From Flectonema sp. DT1601 (lineage: Eukaryota): DNA of 64,000 bases. Shown piece by piece: positions 21,905 to 34,142 of the stretch (its first letter is position 1; each line of letters begins with the position of its first letter). The DNA is taken from positions 372,001-436,000 of the forward strand of contig OZ025798.1 of assembly GCA_964019425.1 (NCBI GenBank), given 5' to 3'. The position numbers and the translations under genes are program-made. Below the pieces are notes generated by a model. The model was not told the DNA's origin, ran no database searches, and saw only the letters and a program-made list of their open reading frames with translations.

Positions 21905-22949
21905 GTTTCTCGTAGGTGTTGCCCTGTTTACCTGGTTGAAATGACTAAGTTATATAACGGGTGTAAAATTTGCACACCAGTAAAGGTACAATGGTTTATA
22001 GCATTTCATATCAGACACCTTGAGAGGGGGGGGGTAGTGATAAAAAAAGATTTAAACACAGGTACGAAAAAGAATATTTTCCTTTGTAACCAAAAAGTTA
22101 GTAAGTAAGAACCGTTATAACGTAGCGGTATTGTCCTATTATGGATCCTTTGTGTTAAGGGTCAAATAATGAGAGTTACAGGACCACTAAAGGAGGAATA
22201 ATAAAACTGCTTGGATAACTACGGAGGGATATGCTGCTCTCAGATTAAAACAGCAAACACATTCTAAGAATGATAAATTTCATTTTTTTTCAGCAAGTGA
22301 GAACTCTTCAGTGTGACAAGACTCATAAATGAGGACAAGCTTCCCAGAATGATCTAGCTTTTTAGACACGGCAGGCATCACGTAGTCTTTTCAGCTATAG
22401 ATTTCTCTGGGTTTTTTTTTTTTTTTTTTTTTTTTTGAAAAACACTCGTCTTTCTGTATCATTGCAGCATGTTCGATGATGAAGAGCTGGTTAACCACTC
22501 CAACCGTACTCGGGTTTGAAGAAGTATCTCATTTATTGAATCACCTCACAAAGCAATATGATACTTGAAATTAAAATAATCAACAAAAAAGTCTTCCTCT
22601 GAAAGCGCACAACCAGAAACAGTTCCACCAGTGAAGGGAGGGGTAAAAAAAAAAAAAAAAAAAAAAACGGAAATACAAGTATATAAAAGTCAAAAAAAAA
22701 AAAAAAAAAAACTAAAAAAAAGTGATGAAACTTAGAAATCAGCACAGAGGTTTTGATACTTTAGAATACAAAAATAGATCAAAAAAGGGCCATGGCCAAT
22801 ACAGCAGTAAATGCCAAAGACCGAATCTTATATGTATATAGTTATTGTTAAAGATAAAAAAAAAACTAGGTTTTTATGGCAGAATATCAAAAAAAAAAAA
22901 AAAAAAAAAAAAAAACGATATCGCCCGTTTTATTCGTAAAACAGTCATT

Positions 22950-24020
22950 TTAGAGTTTTGCCTGAGGAGTAACTAGGCCTCTTGTTGAAAGGATTCTCAC
23001 GATCTCTGCCATTCGCATAGCGTATCCAACTTCATTGTCATACCAAGCATATAACTTGACCATTTTTTTATCAACAACCATAGTCGATGGGGCATCAAGT
23101 ATACTCGATCGCTGATCATTTGTATAATCTGTTGACACTAATGGACGTGTTTCATAACCAAGAATGCTGCCATGCTCTTTGTTAGCAGCAAGTGGACCTG
23201 ATGTAGAAGCAGATTTAAAAAGTTCGTTGATTTCAGAGACTGAAGTCTCTCTCTTTAGGTTTAGTACGATATCAGTAATGCTAGCATTCAATAATGGTAC
23301 TCTAATGGCATGGCCGTTTAATTTACCTTTCAGTTCTGGGAAAACTTCAGCAATAGCAGTAGCGGATCCTGTAGATGTCGGAGCAAGGTTTAACATACCA
23401 CTTCTCGAACGTCTCATGTCATTCTTTTTTGTCTGCACCATGTCAATAAGAGATTGTGTTCCAGTGATATTATGTACAGTTGTTATCATTCCGTTTTCAA
23501 TTCCGATATTCTCCTGCATGACCTTAATCACGGGAGCAAGACAGTTAGTAGTACAGGATGCCGCTGTTATGATATCATGATTAGTGGTAAGTTTGTCATC
23601 ATTAACACCAACAACAATATTCAATACGGAAGGTTCTTTTACCGGAGCTGACACAACAACCTTCTTCATACCACACTGGGTGAGGTAGGGTTTTAATTTT
23701 TCTGTTTTAGTGAACTTTCCACTGCAATCCACAACGATGTCACAACCTGAGCCTTTCCAGTTGACTTTGGTGTAATCTTTTTCGTCAGTGAAATTAATTA
23801 TTTCTCCGTCAACTACGAAGTGTTTACCATCTTTACCAGCTTCGCTATTTTTCTCCCAAGTTCCATGAACGCTGTCGAATTTAATTAAGTATGCAGCGTG
23901 TTCACATCCTCCGACTACTTCATTCACGTGAACAATTTCTATTTCAGGCATGTCCCAGGCAAATCTAAAGAACAGACGACCCATGCGTCCAAATCCGTTA
24001 ATCCCAACCTTGAGTGGCAT
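22950..24020 (-). CDS. GAPDH: Glyceraldehyde-3-phosphate dehydrogenase, bacterial Gap3/ArsJ-associated type, with C-terminal PTS1-like AKL
   Basis: GINGFGRMGR, TAASCTTNCLAP, TGSATAIAEVFPELKGKLNGHAIRVPL.NAS, PLVSTDY..D.RSS, AWYDNE. Intronless; ends ...PQAKL*. Confidence 0.93.
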   Translation of the reverse strand: MPLKVGINGFGRMGRLFFRFAWDMPEIEIVHVNEVVGGCEHAAYLIKFDSVHGTWEKNSEAGKDGKHFVVDGEIINFTDEKDYTKVNWKGSGCDIVVDCSGKFTKTEKLKPYLTQCGMKKVVVSAPVKEPSVLNIVVGVNDDKLTTNHDIITAASCTTNCLAPVIKVMQENIGIENGMITTVHNITGTQSLIDMVQTKKNDMRRSRSGMLNLAPTSTGSATAIAEVFPELKGKLNGHAIRVPLLNASITDIVLNLKRETSVSEINELFKSASTSGPLAANKEHGSILGYETRPLVSTDYTNDQRSSILDAPSTMVVDKKMVKLYAWYDNEVGYAMRMAEIVRILSTRGLVTPQAKL

Positions 24021-25595
24021 GTTGGTTGTTTTTTTTTATTAACACCGAAAAACTGAAGAAAAAGAAATGAATTGCCTAACGTAATCAAGTTACAGGATTT
24101 CGTGTTTTACTTCGTCTCCTCTCGTTCGTCTTCGTTTTTTTTTTTTTTTTTTCTTTGTTTTTTTTTATTTATTTATTTGTACCTATTGTTCGGTAGAAAG
24201 AGAAAATTCGTAGCACCACGTAAGATAACCTATTCCCTTATTGGGGGTTTCGGGACCGGTTGCTACAAATCAAAAAATAAATTCTTCCTTTTCTTCTTTT
24301 GTTCAGACTTACTAAGAAAATATATTTTTTGATCTATAAAACCGCTGTTTTGAGGTATGAGAGAATCTAATTTCCATAATAACAGCGACAGAGGCTGTAT
24401 TACGATACTCACGTAAAGAAAAAGAAAAAATATCGTCCCGAAGAGGACGCTTCCTATCAGCAGCGTGAGGAGGCAAGAAAGAATACCGTTGTCGCTACTG
24501 TTTTTTCACAAAAGAAAAGACAGAATCCAACCCGCCCTCACATTTTTCGTGAATATTTCAACACACATCTTTAACAAAAGCTTATCATCTTTTTTAAGTT
24601 GCTTTTTACATTTAATTATAACATCAATTTAATTATTTTTTTTGGAAAAAGAAACGACCCCTTTCACAACAACAGCTGCAAAGAACTTTAAAAATAGAAA
24701 AGCAAAAACGCTTGAGAAGCACACCAATAAAGGCTGCAGTCTTGTAGTAGGGGGGACTTGGGAAAAGAGGACTAAAACTACTGATGGAAGACCCTTCCGA
24801 ATCTCCAGGCCCTCTGGGCAACATGTTGAAGAAAGACAAATATAATCCTCACCGACTATTTTATTTTTATTTTTTTTGGAACGGAATTTTTTTTTTTATT
24901 ATTTTTTTTTTTTTTATATTTTTTTTTAAACAAAAAAAGAGAGACCCCTGTATCATTTTTTTTAAACCCTAAAATCTAAAACTATCTCTCATTCTTCACT
25001 GCAATGATCCTCACTGCAGTGAATTGAATTTTTTTTTTTTTTTTTTTATCGTAAGATCTCAATTTAAAAAAACCAACATAAAACGCAAAAAGAAATTAAA
25101 GAAAGCTATCCGTCAATTCCAGCATAGAGTGGGTGGTTGGGTGGTAGCGCCTACAACTGAATACAATTCCCACTTGTGAACCATTGAGAATGTATTTATG
25201 TTTAGATATTAATTAAATACTTGTTCAGCTATCATACTTCACCCCGAGTCGGGTGTCAACGTTACGTTATATTTTTCTTCTTAACATCCAAGAAGAAAAA
25301 AAATTTTAAAAAAAAATGAATAAAAAAGAAAACATTTTCGTAATTTTTTTTTTTTTATTCGTTGCGGAATTTCTGTCCAGCTCGCACACAGATTTCATGA
25401 AGAAAAATAAAAAATAATAATAATAATGAATAGGATAAAACAAGGTGAATCACCGTGAAAGGAATATTTCCTCAACAGAAGCATTCGGTTCACAGTATTT
25501 TTTGCACAACACAAAATCGTAGTAAAAACAGTAAAGATTCCCCCACGATGGACCACGTTAAACGTTACTACTAACTTATTGTAATTTATTGGTAT

Positions 25596-27153
25596 TTACA
25601 TATCAAAGTAAACAGACTCTGAAATTATTGGGAGGAAGACTTCTCTAAACTTATCCCAGGTAATGAGTTCTCCCAACTCCCAGAAACCAGCGGCTTCGCG
25701 AGTGATTTTATCAATTGAACCCCCAGCAGCTTTGGCGCAGTCTCGTAGTAAGGCTCCGACTTCTTCGGAGTCGAGTGTGCCAGAGCCGTCTGCGTCGTAT
25801 TGTTCCCAGATTTCTAGAGCCTCGTCTTCGGATATTTGAAGTCCCTGAAAGCTTTCAAGGAAGTCCGATGCTCTCTGCGCCTGATGAAAATACCAAAACT
25901 CCTCCCACTCAATGATTCCATTTCCGTTTGTGTCCATTCTCTGCAACACTCTATCAACTTCTCCTTGCATCGCTTCTTCTGAGAATGAACCACCCTGAGC
26001 ACCTAATAAGTCTCCAATGAATTGGGTTAGTTCATCTTTGTCGAGATGTCCATTTTGATCGTCGTCATATTTCTTCCAAACTTCTGCTATTTCTTCATCA
26101 GTCCAGTCGGATAGTTTCCCGAAGGATGACATAAAAGAGTCGTCTGATTTGTTTGATTAACATAAAAAGAAGGGGTAAAAAAAAAACTAATTTAAAGAAA
26201 ATACTCATACGTTTATAGGTAGTAGTTGCCCGTGTGCATTCTTCCCAATCAGCCATATCTTCTTGGTTAATAGGAAATCCTTGAGGGACGTTGGCTGGGT
26301 CTCCAATGTCTTCACCTCCGAACTCTTCTATTGTTAGTCCACATGCTTCTCTAATAGCAACTTCACAGACACATGACACTTTCTTAGAACATCTGTGATG
26401 GACTGGTAGGTGGCATTTGGCACACCACTGTCCCTGTTTATATAATCCCCAAATAAATTTATGGCAGTTTGCGCAATTAGTTGGTTTTCTGAACTGGTGA
26501 CTTTTGAACATGTGAGATCCGCTGTTTGTTTCTTCGAATTCCTTCGTTAAGTTGACGATGTCGTCGTTTTTGAGTTCGAGTGCTTTTGGTGTTAGTGAAA
26601 TATCGAGAGAATCACCGAGTTCGTTGTGACAGATGAATTGCATATTTTTTGTTAATCCGATCTTACTACTCCATCCGACAAAGTTAGAACTCAATGGTCT
26701 ACCTATAATACAAGTTACATTAACACCACTGAATTCACTATCAAGACCTGGTGATGGAATCAATCGAAGTTTTATGACTGTTTCTTTCTTAACAGGAGTA
26801 TCGTCTACCTGTGCTGCATCCACCATTTTAATTTCCTTTCCAGGTGGTAGCTGAAGTTTAAACGTCGATACCGGTTGAAAATGATAACCACAGTTAGTAC
26901 AAACAGCTTCTTCTAACGAAATAGGTAGTCTCAATGGAACCTTACAAGATGTACATGGCACTTTAATACCAGTAGTTAGAGTGTCACAAGCTGTGCATTT
27001 CACTTTCTTACTCCCTGCAGGGTATGCCATTAAAGCATGACACCCACTACAGATAATAGTTGAAACTCCATCTTTGAATGGCTGGCATGCTATGATATTC
27101 TTCTTCATCGTTACGGAAAGGCCTCTTCTGAGGGTACCTCCTTCGGCTGCCAT
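25596..27153 (-). CDS. LSD1-type Zn fingers + SUMO-like domain + C1 domain + EF-hands (496 aa); exons 27153-26211 and 26143-25596
   Basis: Intron 26144-26210 (GTATGA...tcAG) joins two track ORFs in frame. Motifs: CSGC..LMAYPAGSKKVKCTAC; HMF...CANC..FIWG..KQG..C..C...VHHRC...V...C; DDDQNGHLDKDE, DTNGNGIIEWEE, DADGSGTLDSEE. Confidence 0.85.
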
Positions 27154-27633
27154 TTTTTTTTTTTAATATCTGATTGCCTAGTTTTATAAAATAGGTATTT
27201 AATTTAACGTTACTTTATTATAAGTGGCAAACCTCACAACAGCAGAGGACCCCAATCAGTTGTGTTTCCGAAGACTCGACATTTTTTGTTTTTGGTGCTG
27301 ATGATAAAAATAAACTGTTTTGGATATAACTTATTATTCCGTTTGTATTTTTTTTTTTTTTTTTTCCATTCTTTTTTTCCCCTTTTCTCATCTTCAAAAT
27401 CGCAGAAACAGTGCCATGAGCACTTTTTCTTTTACAAAGAATAATAATAAATAGTGACTTTTTATTTGTTACTATAAAAGAAACAGATCAAACAGTACGG
27501 CAGCTGCGCACTGTTGTTTCTCAGGGTTGCTTGCATCCTCGAGAAAATGACCTTCTTGGAATGCTTCAACGCACGGGGCATCACCAAGAACGGTATCAGT
27601 GACAGTGTTCAATATGTTAGAAATCTCACTCTT

Positions 27634-28641
27634 CTAGTTTAGGATAGTTAAAAGTGATGTGGCTACCTTCTCTAATGCAGTCACTGCTGCTGACTCTACT
27701 ACAGGAGGTTCCTCGAGAGGCTTACCAGCCTTTTCAGCTGCCTCCATTGCATTTGCTTGTAAGTGATCAGAGAGTGGCTCTCCAACATCACACGACATCA
27801 TAAGTGAAGGGTCAAGTGGAATAGCACCGAGAAATGGAACTGCAAACTCTTCTGACAATCTTCGACCTGCTGAAAGGATTGCTCCCTTCTTAGGTGGGAA
27901 TATCTGGGACTCTCCTTTACAACCTGGACATATAAATCCAGACATGTTTTCAACAATACCGAGAACTTTAACATTTGCTTTTTTGCAAAAGTTGAGTTCA
28001 CGTCTAACATCAGCCATAGCTACTTCTTGTGGAGTTGTTATGATAATAGCACCATCACATCCACCTGATTGTTTTAAGTAATCAACACAGCTTAAGTGTT
28101 CATCTGATGTTCCAGGTGGGGTGTCTACGAGGAGGAGGTCCAGGGGTCCCCATGCGACATCCTTTATAAAATTCTTTATGACTCCATTCTTACGAGGTCC
28201 TCTGAATATGACTGCGGAATCTGCGTCCTGGAGCAGGAATTGAACTGAAACTAATCCGACATTCTCATCAACAGAAACCGGTTCCCAACCACTACCACTT
28301 TGGTGAATCTCACCCTGTAGAGCTCCTGTAATCCGCGGCATTGATGGGCCGCATATATCAGTGTCCATGAGTCCAACTTGGAGTCCTCTACGACCGATTA
28401 TTATTCCAAGTTCTTTAGTGAGTGTGCTCTTCCCAACGCCTCCCTTGCCGGACAATACGAGAACTTTCTTTTTTATATGAGACATTCTTTCTGATATAAT
28501 TGATAAATCTGGGTCTGCTTCCCTTCCAGCACCAGAAGCGCACGCCTTAGCATTCGGACATCCTGCACACGATGACGCTAAACCAGCCTTCTCTGATTGT
28601 GGACCAACACATTCCTCGTTGGCATTCTCTGGAGTTGACAT
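27634..28641 (-). CDS. NUBP1: Cytosolic Fe-S cluster assembly factor NUBP1/Nbp35
   Basis: N-terminal Cys cluster (C...CAGCPNAKAC), SGKGGVGKST, DICGPS, DTPPGTSDEH, ENMSGFICPGC. Confidence 0.95.
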   Translation of the reverse strand: MSTPENANEECVGPQSEKAGLASSCAGCPNAKACASGAGREADPDLSIISERMSHIKKKVLVLSGKGGVGKSTLTKELGIIIGRRGLQVGLMDTDICGPSMPRITGALQGEIHQSGSGWEPVSVDENVGLVSVQFLLQDADSAVIFRGPRKNGVIKNFIKDVAWGPLDLLLVDTPPGTSDEHLSCVDYLKQSGGCDGAIIITTPQEVAMADVRRELNFCKKANVKVLGIVENMSGFICPGCKGESQIFPPKKGAILSAGRRLSEEFAVPFLGAIPLDPSLMMSCDVGEPLSDHLQANAMEAAEKAGKPLEEPPVVESAAVTALEKVATSLLTILN

Positions 28642-29258
28642 TTTTTTTTGTTTTTTTTTTTGTGATATTCTCTTCCTGTGTAGGGGGAATTTTTAATGCA
28701 ATGAAAATATAACTTAACAAAGTAGACGTTGATACCTTACCGTGTAGCCCTGACGAAGATAGTATGTACCTTGTGGTACATTTTTCTTCGTCTGTTCCTG
28801 TTAATAATTAAATTAAGTTACCTCACTTCACTAAAGATTTCCTTCTCAGCCAGAACAAAAAAAGCGAAACACTCACCCACACGCTGATGTGGGTCAAATT
28901 AGTTGTAGGGCCGTATTACTAAAATATTTAAGGCAAATGGTTAGTTTTTTTTTTTTTTTTTTTTTTTTCATTGTCTCTTTTGACAGGCAATCTCAGCGGG
29001 GAAAGGGAAGAACCCGCGTCGCGTTCATTCTTCTACTAAAGAATAAAGCAACCAGCGTTGCAGGCGATGAGATCCGTTTCCGATATAACTGCACTTCGCA
29101 AACAGTAAGAAAATTATTACATACGTAGTATCAGTGACAGATGTCAAGGTCTTTGCCTCTTGGAAATTGGTTTGTTCGTTTTTTTATTTTTTATTTTTTT
29201 TCCAAAAGAGTACCGCTTTACTATAGGGTAAATACCCAACACTAACTGTTCACTTTTA

Positions 29259-30256
29259 TTAATCAATCATCTCGGCTGATGATGATCCGTGAGAAGGTGA
29301 ACGCTTTCGTCTTTTGTATTTTCTACTTCTCCGACGATTGCTTCTCGATGACGAAGAGGAACGAGATGATGAAGAGCTTTGAGAAGATGATCGAGAAGAC
29401 GATGATCTTGAACGTGAGTCAGAACTACTCGATCGTGAACTGCTTCGAGTACTCTCAGAATCACTCAAACGAGTATCATCGACGTACTTCTTTTTGTCAA
29501 TCACTCGAGGTGCTTTCTTCTGATCCCTCCCTCCTCTTCTGTCATCTCTTCCGGTTCTACGACTGTCAGAGTGTCTGTCACCCTCTGTTGGTCTTTCTCT
29601 GTGAGTCTTTCTTTGATCTCTTTGGTCTCTTTTATTATCTTCCCATCCAAGATCTGGAGGTTTGTTTGAAGGGCGTTTTCCTGGAGACTGTCCAGGTCTT
29701 GCCGTCGTATCGCATAACTTCTTCTCATCAACTTCTGTTGGGTCATCGTTAGTGATTGCTTCGATTTCAGTTTGAAAGAAGCCACCGTTGTCATTCTCAT
29801 CACGAGTATCCCGCTGTTAGTTATTTTATTAATATCATCTCATCTCAGTGATGATTACTTTACATTAGAAAAGTGTGATGAACAAACCTTGGAACTTCCT
29901 CCTCCTCCTCCTCCCCCTCTCCCTCCTTCTCTGCTGAAGGTTAGCTTTCCGCCCCGTTTGGAGATGGTTAGTTTATTGCCAAGATCAGCCTTTGGTGGAC
30001 CTCTTTTGTTACTATCATTTTTATTATTGTTGTTTCGTGTTTTCGGAGTCCACTTGCGCTTCTGCTCCCAGGCAGATCCACTCTCTCTGTTAGTAACGTC
30101 ACGGCCTCCTGTTCTTCCTTTTTCACCACCTCTTTCACCCCCACTACCTCTCTCATTACCACCTCCCTTGTTTTTATGGAATACTGCCGGACCCTGTCTC
30201 GAAGACTGTTGGTCTTGATGCTGTCCACATCCTTTTTGGAATATTTTTGGAGGCAT
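29259..30256 (-). CDS. Low-complexity Gly/Arg- and Ser/Arg-rich protein (~307 aa); exons 30256-29888 and 29813-29259
   Basis: ATG follows a ccctcatcAG acceptor. Intron 29814-29887 (GTTTGT...ctaacAG) joins three track fragments into one open frame ending in an RS-rich tail. Confidence 0.65.
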
Positions 30257-30520
30257 CTGCCTGATGAGGGAAAACAATTAAATATTAAGTTCACGAAGTA
30301 AACAATCTGAAGGAAAACTACTAAAGAACAGTTGTCATGTTGGGCGATGTACTGTGGAGAAGTGGAATGGTGTAATGTGTATTGTGTAAGGGAACCTAAT
30401 AAATCAAAACTAAAAACCTTAACAAAAAGTAATAACAATAATAAATTATAAATATATCTAGGGTTATTGACACAGCAGTAAAAATATAATTCTAAACAAG
30501 CCCTGTGCCGTTAGTCAACA

Positions 30521-31396
30521 TTAGAAACCTCTTACGATTGGAGAGAATCGTCTTCTTACCATTACGTGAACCGGAGTCAATAAGGCACCCACTAGAGCCA
30601 ACCAGAAACCTCCGTGAAACTCTTTTACTGGAAGGTCGTAGAGTGTTATCCAAGACAGAAAAAATGAAACAAAACTCCACAGAAGAACGGGGTATAAGAT
30701 AACATTGACCATGTCATGAAATGTACCACAAACACCCGGAGTGTAAGCTTTGTACAGAAACCTACCCACGGAACGGAAAAGTACAAATATAATGTAATTT
30801 GTATACAGAAACGATAAGAATATCGACGTCGCAATTGCGAGTTTCCCTCTTGAAGTTGACTCGTCTTTGAGGTCGGCAAGAGTTGTTCCAGGAATCCATT
30901 TCATAACTAGTGAAATAAAAATTATCAAAGCGATTATCGAAGAGAATATCGCATCTAATCTGAGTTGAAATGTCCCAACAATCATACCCATCACCTTACG
31001 TTGTGGTGGTGGAGGGGGTTGCTCTGTCCATACATTTTGAGAATAGTCAGGAATCTGACCAGGTTGTTCATAAGTATTAGCGTAAGACATGGTTTCTGGA
31101 TTATCAAGTTGGTGATAAGTGTTTTCAATTTCATGTGTTGTCTGTTCGGTATTCTTTTCAGTCAAATCAGTTTTCCCCCAATTCATTGCTGGGTGATGTC
31201 CTAATTTACGCAATTCAGTTCCTTCAGTGATTTTTGCTTCTCCCGGAGTCAAACCTTTCCCCACAGGTACCCACGAATCTGGTACCCTGCCAGATATAAC
31301 TTTCCAACACCTGCTGCAATATCCATATCCCTGTGCGTCATCTGGATCCAGGAACAATCTGGCTGGATCTCGACATTTCGGACAGATGGCGTTCAT
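30521..31396 (-). CDS. Hypothetical membrane protein: N-terminal CxxC...CxxC Zn ribbon, about four C-terminal TM helices
   Basis: CPKC...CSRC; four hydrophobic segments, the last preceded by GGFWLAL (claudin/amastin-like pattern, weak). Confidence 0.7.
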   Translation of the reverse strand: MNAICPKCRDPARLFLDPDDAQGYGYCSRCWKVISGRVPDSWVPVGKGLTPGEAKITEGTELRKLGHHPAMNWGKTDLTEKNTEQTTHEIENTYHQLDNPETMSYANTYEQPGQIPDYSQNVWTEQPPPPPQRKVMGMIVGTFQLRLDAIFSSIIALIIFISLVMKWIPGTTLADLKDESTSRGKLAIATSIFLSFLYTNYIIFVLFRSVGRFLYKAYTPGVCGTFHDMVNVILYPVLLWSFVSFFLSWITLYDLPVKEFHGGFWLALVGALLTPVHVMVRRRFSPIVRGF

Positions 31397-31564
31397 CTTC
31401 TGACTGTTAAAGAGAAATTGTTGTTGAGTTTGATGTACTTAACTTATGAGTACAATTCATCTCTGATCAACAGTATGGTATAGATGAATCTTGTGGCCAA
31501 CAGAGTGATTGAACTCTTAACAAGTACGCAACTAAATAACATACCGGATGGGGGAAGACGAAGG

Positions 31565-31595
<31 letters not shown>

Positions 31596-32218
31596 CATAA
31601 AATATTTTGAATTTTTTATTTTTATTTTTATTTTTACTTTTTTTTTTTTTTTTCCATCTTCTACAAGAATGAAGAAAGGTGAGCCACATATCAATTTGGG
31701 CTTCTCTGCTGCGGCATCAGCAAAAACAAGATTTCTACTCTGAACACCTCTCTGTTTGAATTATTATCTGAAATTCATTTTTTTTTTTTTTTTTTTTGTA
31801 CCTACAAAACCCATTGTTCGGTAGAAAGAGAATTGTGGCAGCGTAACTAACCTTTATTAGGGATTTTGCTCACAAACGAAACAGGTAAAAAAAGTAAAAA
31901 AGTGAAGTTGGCCGATTTTTAATTTTTTTTTTTGAAATGTACCGACACTACTCGTAGCACGTAAGACCTGTTGCTGTATTACTCAAGTCGGCGACACTAC
32001 CGTTCGGTCGCTATCCGTTTCCGTCCTCTTTTTTTTTTTTTTTTTTTTTTTCCTCAAAAACAAAAAATAATAATAAAACTGTTTGGAAAACAAAAAAAAA
32101 AAAAACAAAGCAGCAGTAAAGAATAGAAAAGAAGTACAACGAAAAAAGCAGGGAAAGGGAAAACATCATAACTAAACAACTTTTTCATTCCATATTTTTT
32201 AAAAAAAAACCACACATG

Positions 32219-34094
32219 CTATCTATAGGCACTATTATATTTTCCCTTTGAAGTTGAAGTGATATCTTTAAAACCTCCCAAAGGAGGATATTGTTGTAAA
32301 TCATCAAGGGAATGACTTGTAGAGACGTCCTTCATACCAGTAAATTTATTCCAATTGTGAATACCTTCAGACATACTAGTTGATCGTCCTGCAGCATGAA
32401 GTGTCAGATGTGCAGAAATCGAAGCAGCTTCTCGTTTCATGAATTTTTTTGTTTCGGTTGTCTCATAAGTTGAAATTGATTTTATCCAATGAGTCAACTG
32501 CGTCTGAGCGAATATCTTCTGTTGCTGAATAGTAAGCTTATTATCAACCGTCCTATTAATGAAGGGGTGAGCGAGAAGTTCAGCAGCTGTCGCTCTGGAC
32601 GACGGATCAAATTCCAAACATTTTCCTAAAAAGTCACTAAAATCTTCAGTTATGTCGTAATCAGGAGTTGGCCAAATAAAATCCTGAAGTGTTATCCTCT
32701 CTTTAAAAGCAAACTCTGCTTCTCTAGGAAGTAAAGTACAAGGATGAATCCCACTAGCCAATTCCAAAATCATAACACCAAGAGACCAAATGTCAGAACT
32801 TCTGCTATATGTGCTGCCATGTCTCCGTCGTTCTGGAGCCATATACATTTGTGTTCCGATATTGAAGGGCGTGTTAGCAATATTTCCGCTGTCTCCTACG
32901 AAGGAGCAGCATCCGAAATCAGCCAATTTGACAACACCGTGATCGTTGATTAACACGTTTGCTGGTTTTATGTCTTTATGTACGATACCAGCTGCGCCAC
33001 CGTATTCAAGTTGATGTAGGTATTTTAACCCATGGAGAATCTGATAGGATATGCAGCCAAGTACTTTTTCAGGTACTGCTGTTCTCCTCTCTATTCCAAG
33101 ATCTCGTAGGGTTTTTTCTTGTCGATTTCGTTGACGACGGGAGTTGGTAACTTCCTCAGCTGCTGTGTCAGTGTTGGTCTCTTTTCGAATGTCTGGTCCG
33201 TATTCGCGCTCTCTAGGCTGTGATACCGCTTTGTGTCTTTTCTTAAATCTCTCATTCGTTATTTCAACCACCTTTTTCTGAGGAATCCTGTATTGTTGTT
33301 TTATTATTTTTTTTCTGGTCGCGTACAAACCAAGCAAGTGAGAATAAAAAGGTAAAAAGTGAAGTTGGCTAATTCTTTTTTTTAAGCTGGTAAAGAAGAG
33401 GAGGTGAGCTATGATTAGAAATTTCGTTGCGCTCGAATATGGCTGCAAACGATTTACCAATATCTTTTAAATAGTCTGCCATCCGATCCAGGAAGTGGAC
33501 TGAATTACAAGTTTGTCTCGACGCTAACGGGTGAGCTAGGGCTGCCACTGAGGTTTTACGCAAGCACGGCTTGAGTGGGTCTGATCATACGTCGACAGTG
33601 TGTTTCGATATATCCAGGTAGCTCAGTAAACAACTCGTACGCAATATAAAATAAAGAATAAGAAAACATCTAGAAAAACAGCACATTTTGTTTCAGACAT
33701 AAGACGCAACACGTTCGAGAAAGGAGCATCAGCGATACTTACGATCGTTAATAAACATTCGATATTTACGTCTCGCTACATTTAAAGTATCCGCATTTCA
33801 TCTTTCATTACTTCTATAGGCTCTCTTTCTCCTTTTCGTACTCCCTTAATAAATAAAGTAATCCCACCCACCCTTCCCACCACGCCGGGTCGTGGCCAAG
33901 CGCCATTACTCAGTAACCACCCAAGGAGAACAATATAGGCCTTCTATTACTTCAATACGAATAGGACAGTAAGTTGCATTGATGAAGGTAAAAAACCATT
34001 CAGATAATAGCCTTATATTCTGTTGATCGCAGACAGTATTACTCATAATTAAATGGTTCTTAATCTGAATAGTTTCTTCTCCGACTTCGTCGGT

Positions 34095-34142
<48 letters not shown>

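Noticed and set aside
33288..33460. N-terminal 58 aa of track ORF 32219-33460 as a separate kinase start
   Set aside because: It lies within the inferred intron; the N-lobe is encoded by the upstream exon.
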